Assembly: GCA_016789405.1 (NCBI GenBank)
Contig: JAEUPQ010000034.1
Coordinates: forward strand, 1-64,000
Length of the DNA: 64,000 nt
From: Lysobacteraceae bacterium
Lineage (GTDB): Bacteria > Pseudomonadota > Gammaproteobacteria > Xanthomonadales > Xanthomonadaceae
Reading direction: 5' to 3'
The notes below the pieces were generated by a model that saw only the letters and a program-made list of their open reading frames with translations, was not told where the DNA came from and did no database searches. Position numbers and translations under genes: made by a program. This document shows, one piece after another, positions 14,640 through 22,726 of the stretch. The first letter of the stretch is position 1. The number at the start of each line of letters is the position of its first letter.

Positions 14640-14700
14640 GATCATGAATGTCACATGTGAGGACTGTCAATCCATCACATGTAACGTCCGGACGAACGGC
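14640..14700 (-). promoter_or_regulatory. putative promoter/operator of the yjfI-pspA-flotillin block: TTGACA -35-like hexamer flanked by two copies of TCACATGT(G/A)A (the first a perfect 10-bp palindrome)
   Basis: Minus-strand reading: ttacatgtgatggaTTGACAgtccTCACATGTGAcattcatgatc. A repeated palindromic element overlapping -35/-10 suggests a repressor operator. Coordinates approximate. Confidence 0.35.
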
Positions 14701-14717
14701 AACGCCGACCCTCAGGC

Positions 14718-14750
14718 AAAGAAAAACCCCGGCCGGGGCCGGGGTTTCGG
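14718..14750 (-). terminator. rho-independent terminator downstream of the oleA-like gene (GC hairpin CCCCGGCC..GGCCGGGG followed by TTTTTCTTTG on the minus strand)
   Basis: Plus strand reads caaagaaaaaccccggccggggccggggtttcgg. A perfect 8-bp GC stem, then a T-run in the gene's direction. It separates oleA from the downstream co-directional block. Confidence 0.5.
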
Positions 14751-14779
14751 GTGCCGCGAGAACGCATGAGGCCGGGGAA

Positions 14780-15802
14780 TTACCAGACCACTTCCGCCAT
14801 CGAGCAGTTCAGGCCCGAGCCGATGCCCAGCAGGGCGACGCGGTCGCCCTTCTTGAGGCGGCCCATCTCGCGCAGCTTGCTGAGCACGATCGGTACCGAG
14901 GCCGGGCCGATGTTGCCGTGTTCGCCGAAGATGGTCAGGACCTTCTTGGGGTCGATGCCGAAAGCCTGGATGAAGGCCTGGGTGTGGACCTTGCTGACCT
15001 GGTGGATGACGAACTCGTCCATCTCGTCGACCGCCCAGCCCAGCGCCTGCTTGGCGGCGATGAAGGTCTTCTGCGCCAGCTTCAGGCCCTCGGTGAGCAG
15101 CATCTTGGTGTCGGTGACCATGCGGTCGAGGTTGCCGCGGCAGAGGGTGTTCCACTGCGTGGCGGCGCGCGTGACGCCGCCGCGATAGCGCGGCGCGCCC
15201 GGGGCCAGCTCGGCGCGGGCCAGGACCATGGCGGCGGCGCCGCAGCCCAGGGTCAGGGTCGCCATTTCGTTGCGGAACTCTTCCTCGGTCGCATCCGGGC
15301 GAGTCATGCGCTCGATGGTCTTCTCGTAGGCGAGGTTCGCGGTTTCGCCATCGACGATCAGCGCGTAGTCGATCTCGCCGCGCTCGATCATGCGGCTGGC
15401 GATGTCCATGCCGTTGAGGAAGGCGAGACAGGCGTTGGCCACGTCGAAGTTCTGGCAGGTATCGGGCAGGCCGAGGTTGCCGCTGACGATGCTGGCCGTG
15501 GACGGCTCCAGGTAGTCGCGGCTGACCGAGGTGTTGACCAGCAGGCCGATGCGCGAGGGGTCGATGCCGGCGTCCGCCAGCGCCTTCACGCCGGCGAGGG
15601 TGGCGGCGTCGGACGCCTGCACCTCGTCGTCCCAGAGGCGACGGGAATGAATGCCGGCGACGTCTTCCAGGACGTTGGCCTTGATGCCGAGGCGATCCAG
15701 AGTCGGCTTGAGACGGGCGTTGATCTCGGCACTGGTGAGCTGACGCGGAGCGTCGATGTGGGCCAGGCCGGCGATAGCGACGTGTTGGAACAGCATGGGC
15801 AA
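14780..15802 (-). CDS. oleA: FabH-like thiolase, OleA-like (olefin biosynthesis head-to-head Claisen condensing enzyme)
   Basis: 340 aa. Thiolase/KAS-III fold with an active-site Cys in NACLAF, a later His in IHQVS, and GNIGPASVP (the Asn region). The N-terminus MPMLFQHVAIAGLAHIDAPRQLTSAEINARL resembles Xanthomonas OleA. The oleB/oleC-like genes are 11 kb downstream. Confidence 0.75.
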   Translation of the reverse strand: MPMLFQHVAIAGLAHIDAPRQLTSAEINARLKPTLDRLGIKANVLEDVAGIHSRRLWDDEVQASDAATLAGVKALADAGIDPSRIGLLVNTSVSRDYLEPSTASIVSGNLGLPDTCQNFDVANACLAFLNGMDIASRMIERGEIDYALIVDGETANLAYEKTIERMTRPDATEEEFRNEMATLTLGCGAAAMVLARAELAPGAPRYRGGVTRAATQWNTLCRGNLDRMVTDTKMLLTEGLKLAQKTFIAAKQALGWAVDEMDEFVIHQVSKVHTQAFIQAFGIDPKKVLTIFGEHGNIGPASVPIVLSKLREMGRLKKGDRVALLGIGSGLNCSMAEVVW

Positions 15803-15966
15803 AGGGCCATGAGACAGTCAGGAACCGTATAGGTTACCGCCTTCGATACCCGGCCGCATGCAAAAAGGGCCCCGGCTGTCGCATTTTTGACCACCGGTCC
15901 CGAAATCGGCCGCCCCGGACAAGCCTCCAGGGCCACGGCAGGCCTGCGGAGACCGCCCGTCGGCGG

Positions 15967-16284
15967 TCATTTCCGGCAGCGCCAGGCCGCGAAACGCTGG
16001 GCGCCGTCGGCCGGCGGGGACAGCGGATGGACGCTGTCGGCGCCGATGCCCGGGGCCTCGTTGCGGGCCAGGGTCTCCAGTTCATCGCGTACCCGCACCG
16101 GGTTGCGCTCGTAGGGCCCGAGGCTGTCCTTGACCGAGACCTCGACCTCGCCGCGCTTCTCGCAGCCGGACGGCGGCTGGGCCAGGACACGTACCTGGCT
16201 GGCGCCGGGCGCCATGTGCACCCAGGTGCAGGCGCCGAGGAGCAGGCTGAAGGGCAGGACGGACCACGCACGCGAAAAGGACAT
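15967..16284 (-). CDS. small lipoprotein (105 aa), unknown function
   Basis: MSFSRAWSVLPFSLLLGACTWV signal peptide with lipobox LLGAC. Strong third-position GC. Other ORFs overlapping this region in the track are GC artefacts. Confidence 0.55.
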   Translation of the reverse strand: MSFSRAWSVLPFSLLLGACTWVHMAPGASQVRVLAQPPSGCEKRGEVEVSVKDSLGPYERNPVRVRDELETLARNEAPGIGADSVHPLSPPADGAQRFAAWRCRK

Positions 16285-16442
16285 CGGGAACTCCGTGAGG
16301 ACGACGAACGGACTGGCAGAAACACGATGCCCGCCATGATGGCGGGCATCGCGTGAACGTCACAAGGCGCGAAGCGATCAAAACACTGTCGATTCACCGA
16401 TATCAGCCGCCCGCGCGGCCTTGACGCCGTCGGCGCTCATGG

Positions 16443-19337
16443 TCACTTGCGGGCGGGCTTTCCATCGGCATCGACGATCGAGACTTCGCCGAACTTCAGC
16501 TCGCGCACCGGCTTCTCGATCTGCTTCAGGTCGCCGACCACCACCCAGGTCAGCGCATCGGGATCGATCGTCGAGGCCGCAGCCTTGATCTGTTCGACCG
16601 TCAGGCCCTCGATCTCCGCCTTGCGCTGGAACACGTAGTCATCCGGGCGATCGAAACGGACGATGCCGCCGAGCGTGCCGAGCACGGCGCTGGCGGTTTC
16701 GTACGAACCGGGCAGGCCGCGGATTTCGGTGGCCTGGATCTTGGCCACTTCCTCCGGCTTCGGCGGCGCCTTGCCGGTGGCGTACTCGCTGATCTCGCGA
16801 CGCAGTTCCTTCAGCGAATCCGCGGTCTTGTCGATCTGCACGGCGGCGAACGCCATCCACGGACGCTGGCCCAGCGCGCTGCTGGCCGAGCTGTACGAGC
16901 CGTAGGCCCAGTGCTTGTCCTCGCGCAGGTTCATGTTCAGGCGCGAGGAGAATTCGCCGCCCAGCACCGAGTTGGCGATGTCGAACTTCACTGCTCCGGC
17001 ATCCTTGCTGGACGGGGCGAGCTGGCCGACGTAGATGTTGGCCTGCACGGCGCCGGGCTGGTCGATCAGGAACACGCGCGGCTTCTTCGGCAGGGCCACG
17101 GCCGGGATCGCGGCGTTGCTGCGGCCTTCGCCCTCGCCCTTCCAGTCGCCCAGGTGCTTCTCGAGCACCGGCACGATCTCGGCCAGGGTGGTGTCGCCGA
17201 CGATCACCAGCGTGGCGCCTTCCGGGCGCACCCAGCGCGCGTGGTAGGCGCGCAGGTCTGCGGCCGACAGCGAGGCGATGGACGCCTCGGTGCCGGTGCC
17301 GCTGAACGGGATCGCGTACGGATGGCCTTCGCCGTACAGCAGCGGCGGCAGCACGCGCATCGCGGCACCGTTGGGCCGCGCCTTTTCCTGCTTGATGCCG
17401 GCGATCCAGGTGGCCTTCACGCGATCGATTTCCGCCTGTTCGAAGCGCGGGCGACGCAGCATGTCGGCGAACAGCGCGACCGACGGATCGAGGTTCTGCT
17501 TGAGCGCGGACAGCCCGGCGCTGGTGCCGTCGAGGCTGGCACCGGCGCCCAGGTTGGCGCCCAGCACTTCGGCGCGGTTGCCGAACGCGATGGCGTCGTA
17601 CTCGCCCGCGCCTTCGTCGAGCATGCCCATGGCGAAGCCGGAGGTGCCGAGCTTGCCGCCCTGGTCGGCGACATAGCCGCCGCCGAAGAGGTAGCTCATC
17701 TGGATCACGGGCACGCCCGGGCGCTCGGCGAGGATGACCTGCGTGCCGTTCTTGAGGGTGGCGCGCTGCAGCGAGGGGAACTTCAGGTCGGGGAATTCGC
17801 TGGGCACCTGCACGCCCTTCGAGCGATCGACGCTGGTCTCGACCGTGCGGTACTTCTTGTCGACCGGCGGCAGGTTCAGCGGGGCCGGAACGGCGGCGGG
17901 CTCTTCGGCCAGCGGGGTGCGCTCGCCGGGCGTGACGGTCAGCGTGTGGCTGCCCTTGCCGCTGCCCAGCCAGGTGGCGCCGACGGCCTTGACCTGCGCC
18001 GGCGTCGCGGACTCCATGGTCTTGAGGCTGGTGCGGAAGCAGCCCGGGTTGCCGGTGTAGACGGTGCACTCCGCGAGGACGTCGGCCTTGCCGCCGAAGC
18101 CGCCGATGCGTTCGACGCCGCGGATGAAGCCCGCCTGGATCACCGAGCGCGCCTGGTCGAGCTCGACCTGGGTCGGGCCTTCGGCAAGCAGCTTCTTCAG
18201 TTCCTCGTCGATCACGGCTTCGACCTTCGCCGGGTCGACGCCGTTCTTCACGGTCGCGACGATCAGGAAGTTGGAGCTGAGCTGCGAGTATTCGGCGCTG
18301 GCGGACACGCTGTCGACCAGCTTGTCGTTGAAGAACAGGCGCTGGTCCAGGCGCGACGCGCGGCTGCCGCCGAGCACCTGCGCGAACAGCTGCAGGCGGT
18401 CGATGTCGACGCTGCCGGCCTGCGCCACGTTCCACACGCGATAGATGCGCGTCTGCGGCACCTTGTCGCTGAGCGTGGCGCGCGAGTCGGCCTTCAGCGG
18501 GGCCACGTCGACCTTCGGCTGGGCCATCGTCGGGCCGGCCGGGATGTGACCGAAGTACTGCGTGACCTTCTGCTTCGCGGTGGCCAGGTCGATGTCGCCG
18601 GCCAGCACCAGCACGGCGTTGTTCGGGCCGTACCAGGTGCGGAACCAGTTCTTCACGTCATCGAGCGAGGCGGCATTGAGGTCGGCCATCGAACCGATGA
18701 CCGTGTGGCCGTAGGGATGGGTCTTGGGATACATCGCCTTGCCGATCATGTCCCAGACCTGGCCGTACGGCTGGTTCTCGCCCTGGCGCTTCTCGTTCTG
18801 GACCACGCCGCGCTGTTCGTCCAGGGTCTTCTGGTCGATCGCGCCGAGCAGGTGGCCCATGCGGTCGGACTCCATCCACAGCGCCATGTCCAGCGCGGTG
18901 GTCGGCACGTTCTGGAAGTAGTTGGTGCGGTCCTGGTTGGTGGTGCCGTTCTGGTCGGTCGCGCCGACCATTTCGAACGGCTCGAAGAACTCGCCCGGGT
19001 GGTTCTCCGAACCGTTGAACATCAGATGCTCGAACAGGTGCGCGAAGCCGCTGCGTCCCGCCGGTTCGTCCTTGCTGCCCACGTGGTACCAGACGTTCAC
19101 CGCCACGATCGGCGCCTTGCGGTCGGTGTGGACCACCACGCGCAGGCCGTTGGGCAGGGTGAAGCTCTCGTAGGGAATGTCGACGCGGGGGCCGGCGGCA
19201 GTCTTGGCCAGGGCCGGGGTGGGCATCAGCGAGGCGGTGCCGCCGAGGGCGGTGGCGAGCGCGAAGGCGAGCAGGCCGGCGCGGAACGGACGGGCGCCGG
19301 TCTTGGATGCCGGCTTGAGGGAACGGGCGAGGGACAT
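16443..19337 (-). CDS. secreted M16-family zinc metallopeptidase (pitrilysin/insulinase-like, two M16 units)
   Basis: 964 aa. Signal peptide. Inverted zinc motif HLFEHLMFNGS (HxxEH) in the first half, with a second inactive-type M16 unit in the C-terminal half. Confidence 0.9.
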   Translation of the reverse strand: MSLARSLKPASKTGARPFRAGLLAFALATALGGTASLMPTPALAKTAAGPRVDIPYESFTLPNGLRVVVHTDRKAPIVAVNVWYHVGSKDEPAGRSGFAHLFEHLMFNGSENHPGEFFEPFEMVGATDQNGTTNQDRTNYFQNVPTTALDMALWMESDRMGHLLGAIDQKTLDEQRGVVQNEKRQGENQPYGQVWDMIGKAMYPKTHPYGHTVIGSMADLNAASLDDVKNWFRTWYGPNNAVLVLAGDIDLATAKQKVTQYFGHIPAGPTMAQPKVDVAPLKADSRATLSDKVPQTRIYRVWNVAQAGSVDIDRLQLFAQVLGGSRASRLDQRLFFNDKLVDSVSASAEYSQLSSNFLIVATVKNGVDPAKVEAVIDEELKKLLAEGPTQVELDQARSVIQAGFIRGVERIGGFGGKADVLAECTVYTGNPGCFRTSLKTMESATPAQVKAVGATWLGSGKGSHTLTVTPGERTPLAEEPAAVPAPLNLPPVDKKYRTVETSVDRSKGVQVPSEFPDLKFPSLQRATLKNGTQVILAERPGVPVIQMSYLFGGGYVADQGGKLGTSGFAMGMLDEGAGEYDAIAFGNRAEVLGANLGAGASLDGTSAGLSALKQNLDPSVALFADMLRRPRFEQAEIDRVKATWIAGIKQEKARPNGAAMRVLPPLLYGEGHPYAIPFSGTGTEASIASLSAADLRAYHARWVRPEGATLVIVGDTTLAEIVPVLEKHLGDWKGEGEGRSNAAIPAVALPKKPRVFLIDQPGAVQANIYVGQLAPSSKDAGAVKFDIANSVLGGEFSSRLNMNLREDKHWAYGSYSSASSALGQRPWMAFAAVQIDKTADSLKELRREISEYATGKAPPKPEEVAKIQATEIRGLPGSYETASAVLGTLGGIVRFDRPDDYVFQRKAEIEGLTVEQIKAAASTIDPDALTWVVVGDLKQIEKPVRELKFGEVSIVDADGKPARK

Positions 19338-19549
19338 GCGGAATCTCCTGCGAAGGTGATCTGGGCGGCCGTGTCGTGCCAGGGCGGCCCGGGGACGGCG
19401 GCAACGGACAAATCGCCGGTCGGCCGTGGCCCGGGCGGGCTTTGGACAGACTTCAGCGAGCGTTGCATGCTAGCGACGCCCCCCCCGGCTGGCACTAGGC
19501 CACAAGTCCCGGTCGGGCCTTCCGACCGCATTCCGCCAAGGAGCCCCGC

Positions 19550-20245
19550 ATGGCACGACACGCCCTCGTCACCGGCGCCAACCGGGGCATCGGCCTCGAA
19601 TTCGTCCGCCAGCTGCTGGCCCGCGGCGACCGTGTGGTCGCCACCTGTCGCCAGCCGGGCAAGGCCACGGCCCTGAACACCCTGACCGGCGAGTACCCAG
19701 GCCGCCTGCGGGTACTGCCGCTGGACGTGGCCCGGGAAAAGTCCCGCGCCGAACTGGTCCGCGAACTGCCGCTGGTCTGCGAGCACCTGGACCTGCTGGT
19801 CAACAACGCCGGCGTCCTGCACTCCGGCGAACGTTTCGGCCATCTGTCGCAGCCCCTGCTGGAAGACAGCCTGGCCGTGAACGCACTCGGCCCGCTGCTG
19901 GTGACCGAAGCCCTGGCGCCGACGCTGGCCGACGGCGCGCGCGTGGCGAACGTCTCGTCGATGATGTCCTCGCTGGCGACCCGCCACGAGTACCGCTCCC
20001 CTGGCTACTGCATGGGCAAGGCCGCGCAGAACATGGCCACGGTGCAGCTGGCGCATGCGCTGCGTCCGCGCGGGATCGTGGTCCTGGCCCTGTGTCCGGG
20101 CTGGGTGCAGACGGACATGGGCGGCGAAGGCGCGCAGATCAGCCCGACGCAGTCCGTGCAGGGACTGCTGCGCGTCATCGATGGGGCCGGCATCGAGGAC
20201 AGTGGCCGCTTCATCGACTGGCAGGGCGAGGCAATGGCCTGGTAG
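19550..20245 (+). CDS. short-chain dehydrogenase/reductase (SDR), CsgA/C-factor-like
   Basis: 231 aa. TGANRGIG cofactor motif, NNAG, and a YxxxK catalytic dyad (YCMGK). AAGGAG RBS upstream. Confidence 0.85.
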   Translation: MARHALVTGANRGIGLEFVRQLLARGDRVVATCRQPGKATALNTLTGEYPGRLRVLPLDVAREKSRAELVRELPLVCEHLDLLVNNAGVLHSGERFGHLSQPLLEDSLAVNALGPLLVTEALAPTLADGARVANVSSMMSSLATRHEYRSPGYCMGKAAQNMATVQLAHALRPRGIVVLALCPGWVQTDMGGEGAQISPTQSVQGLLRVIDGAGIEDSGRFIDWQGEAMAW

Positions 20246-20282
20246 CGCATCCGCGCATGCCGGCATGCCCGTACCCATGGGC

Positions 20283-21059
20283 ATGAACCGGACATCCCGC
20301 CACGCACTGCGCCTCGCCCCCTGCGTTTTCGCATTCTGCCTGCTCGCACCGCTTCACGCCCGCGCGACCCTGCTGGCCGTGGACGGCGACGCGCGATCGC
20401 CCGACCATGCCCGCCTGCTCTACCGCGAAAGCCACCTGATCCGGCAGGACGGCGACCGCCCCCTGGAGCGACTCGTGCTGTATCGCTGCCCGGATGGACG
20501 GGCGTTCGCGCGCAAGCGGATCGACTACCGCACGTCGGCGCTGGCGCCGGAATTCGAGATGGTGGATGCCCGGGGACATCGCGAAGGCCTGCGCCGGCAG
20601 GGCGGCCGCATCCTGGTGTGGAGCGGCGACGACGCGCCGCGCGCGCTGTCGCCCCCGGGCGGTCCGCTGGTCGCGGATGCCGGTTTCGACGAATACCTGC
20701 GCCGCCACTGGACCACCGCGACATCGGGCAAGCCCCAGGTCATCGCGTTCGCGGTGCCGTCCTACGGCCGCAGTCTCTCGTTCAAGGTGCGTGGCCAGCC
20801 CGCGCGCGATGCGGCAGGACCGCACCGATTCGAACTGCGCCTCGACGGCCTGCTCGGGCGGCTGGCGCCTCCGATCCAGGTCGAGTACGACGAGCAGCGC
20901 CGGCTGCGCCGCTTCATCGGCCTCACCAACATCCGCGACGCCCGCGGCGACCAGATCGAAGCGGAGATCGTGTTCGCCGACGCGCCGCGCCAGGTCGATC
21001 CGGGCCAATGGCAGGCGGCGTCCGGAACGGCACTGACGAACTGCACGCTGGGCCGATGA
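20283..21059 (+). CDS. secreted protein of unknown function
   Basis: The track ORF is 20055..21059; the likely start is MNRTSRHALRLAPCVFAFCLLAPLHARA (signal peptide) at 20283. No recognisable catalytic motif. Confidence 0.5.
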   Translation: MNRTSRHALRLAPCVFAFCLLAPLHARATLLAVDGDARSPDHARLLYRESHLIRQDGDRPLERLVLYRCPDGRAFARKRIDYRTSALAPEFEMVDARGHREGLRRQGGRILVWSGDDAPRALSPPGGPLVADAGFDEYLRRHWTTATSGKPQVIAFAVPSYGRSLSFKVRGQPARDAAGPHRFELRLDGLLGRLAPPIQVEYDEQRRLRRFIGLTNIRDARGDQIEAEIVFADAPRQVDPGQWQAASGTALTNCTLGR

Positions 21060-21152
21060 GCCGCCCGAACGCCAGCTGACCCCGCGACGCAACCGCACTG
21101 GCCGACAGCGGCACGCACGGCGATGCTCGGGCTTTCCCCAAGGATGCCTGCC

Positions 21153-21395
21153 ATGCGCCGCCTGCCCCTGTTTTCGCTGTCGCTCGCCCTTGCCGTGCTC
21201 GCCAGCGCCTGCGGTTCGATGGAGATGCGCGACACCAATGCCATCGTGGATGCCGACCCGCTGTGCACCAGCCAGCCGAGCCAGCCGAACGAACCGACCG
21301 CGGCGCGCTGCGAACGCAAGACCGAGGTGAAGTACCAGCGAAAGAACGAACCGCTGGACCTGGGCGGCAAGTCGCGCGGCGACCATCCCGAGTAA
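21153..21395 (+). CDS. small lipoprotein (80 aa)
   Basis: MRRLPLFSLSLALAVLASACGS with lipobox LASAC. AAGGAT RBS about 7 nt upstream of this ATG. Confidence 0.45.
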   Translation: MRRLPLFSLSLALAVLASACGSMEMRDTNAIVDADPLCTSQPSQPNEPTAARCERKTEVKYQRKNEPLDLGGKSRGDHPE

Positions 21396-21489
21396 CCGGA
21401 TCGGATCGTGGCAGAGGCGATGCGACGCGTGATGCGACGTGTAGCATGGCGCGACCTGTCGCCACTCGTCGCGCGCGTTCGACATCGCC

Positions 21490-21957
21490 ATGTTCCACGT
21501 CCTGCTCTACCAGCCCGAGATCCCGCCGAATACCGGCAATGTCATTCGCCTGTGCGCGAACACCGGTGCGTGCCTGCACCTGATCCGCCCGCTGGGGTTC
21601 GAGATCGACGACAAGCACCTGCGTCGCGCCGGACTGGACTACCACGAGTACGCGCGGATGCAGGTGCATGACTCGCTGGACGCGGCGCTCGCCGCGATTT
21701 CCCCGAAGAGGCTCTTCGCACTGAGCACGCGCAACTCGACGCGCTACGACCGCGTGGCGTTCTCGCCCGGCGATGCATTCCTCTTCGGTCGCGAAACCAG
21801 CGGCCTGCCGGACGCGGTACTCGCGACGATTCCCGACGAACACCGGCTGCGCTTGCCGATGCAGCCAGGCAACCGCAGCCTCAATCTTTCGAACGCAGTG
21901 GCCGTCGTCGTATTCGAAGCATGGCGGCAATCGGGATTCGACGGCGCATCGGACTGA
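21490..21957 (+). CDS. trmL: tRNA (cytidine/uridine-2'-O)-methyltransferase TrmL (SpoU/TrmH family)
   Basis: 155 aa. MFHVLLYQPEIPPNTGNVIRLCANTGACLHLIRPLGF ... FLFGRETSGLP ... NLSNAVAVVVFE are the SPOUT motifs of TrmL/YibK. Confidence 0.85.
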   Translation: MFHVLLYQPEIPPNTGNVIRLCANTGACLHLIRPLGFEIDDKHLRRAGLDYHEYARMQVHDSLDAALAAISPKRLFALSTRNSTRYDRVAFSPGDAFLFGRETSGLPDAVLATIPDEHRLRLPMQPGNRSLNLSNAVAVVVFEAWRQSGFDGASD

Positions 21958-21985
21958 TCCTTCGATGGCGCGCCCGCAAAACCGC

Positions 21986-22027
21986 GACGGGCGGGCACCG
22001 CTGAAGGTGCCCGCCCGTCGTTTCATC
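21986..22027. terminator. bidirectional rho-independent terminator between convergent trmL and the EF-hand gene (perfect 14-bp stem GACGGGCGGGCACC / GGTGCCCGCCCGTC with a 6-nt loop, T-runs on both sides)
   Basis: gcgacgggcgggcaccgctgaaggtgcccgcccgtcgtttcat on the plus strand. The minus-strand reading is followed by GCGGTTTTGCGGG. Confidence 0.6.
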
Positions 22028-22126
22028 CGGCTTCGCAGCGGCGAAGCCATCTTGCGCCACGTCGCGTGGCGACGGCGGTGCGCGCTCTGCCCGCCGGTGA
22101 ATCAGTCAACGCGATGCAGTGCGTGA

Positions 22127-22477
22127 TCAGCGCTGGGTATCGGCCTTCGGCTGGCCCTTGCCGTTGGATGCGAGGTAGGTCTTGTACTCCTCGCCGGTCA
22201 GGGCGCCATCGGCATTGCTGTCGGCCTGGTCGAAAACGGCCTGCAGCGACGGGATGTTGCCCGCCTCTTCCTTGCTCAAGGAACCGTTCTTGTCGGTGTC
22301 GAGTTCGGACCAGGTCTTCTTCGCCGGTGCTGCGGCCGGGGTAGCGGCATCGGTGCTCTGCTGCGGCTGCGCGCCGGTTTCGCTGGTGGGCGGCGGCGTC
22401 TGCTGCGCGAACGCCAGCGGCATGGCAGCGGACAGGATCAGCAGGGCGGAGGTGGTGGCGAGATTGCGTCGGGTCAT
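22127..22477 (-). CDS. periplasmic EF-hand calcium-binding protein
   Basis: 116 aa. Signal peptide. Two canonical EF-hand loops, DTDKNGSLSKEE and DSNADGALTGEE. Confidence 0.7.
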   Translation of the reverse strand: MTRRNLATTSALLILSAAMPLAFAQQTPPPTSETGAQPQQSTDAATPAAAPAKKTWSELDTDKNGSLSKEEAGNIPSLQAVFDQADSNADGALTGEEYKTYLASNGKGQPKADTQR

Positions 22478-22726
22478 TGCGTCTTCTCCATTCAGGGGTC
22501 ATGTCGAGCGGTTCGTGGATCGGGGGAAGAACCGTTCGGGACACACCATGCGAGCCCCGCGATGAATCGATTCCATGACGCGAACATGAACGCAACGCGG
22601 CCTTAACCACCACGTTGCCGATCCATGCAAGACACCGCCTCGAATCGTGATCAAGCGCAGGAAAATGTGCATCTTTCACGCGTTCATCACACTGAATCGA
22701 ACACAACCTTCACGAGAAGGCGCGAA

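Noticed and set aside
15803-15966. Terminator-like GC/T-rich sequence between the small lipoprotein gene and oleA
   Set aside because: I could not find a clean inverted repeat. The segment gggccccggc is not self-complementary, so it was not called.
19550-20245. SDR gene as the missing oleD
   Set aside because: It is 231 aa with classical SDR motifs (TGANRGIG, YxxxK). OleD is an about 330-aa NAD(P)H-dependent extended-SDR/epimerase-like reductase, so the size and subfamily do not fit.
22560-22690. CRP/Clp-like site TGTGC-N5-TCACG upstream of the EF-hand gene
   Set aside because: Both half-sites deviate from TGTGA/TCACA and the spacing is 5 rather than 6. It is mentioned only as weak context.
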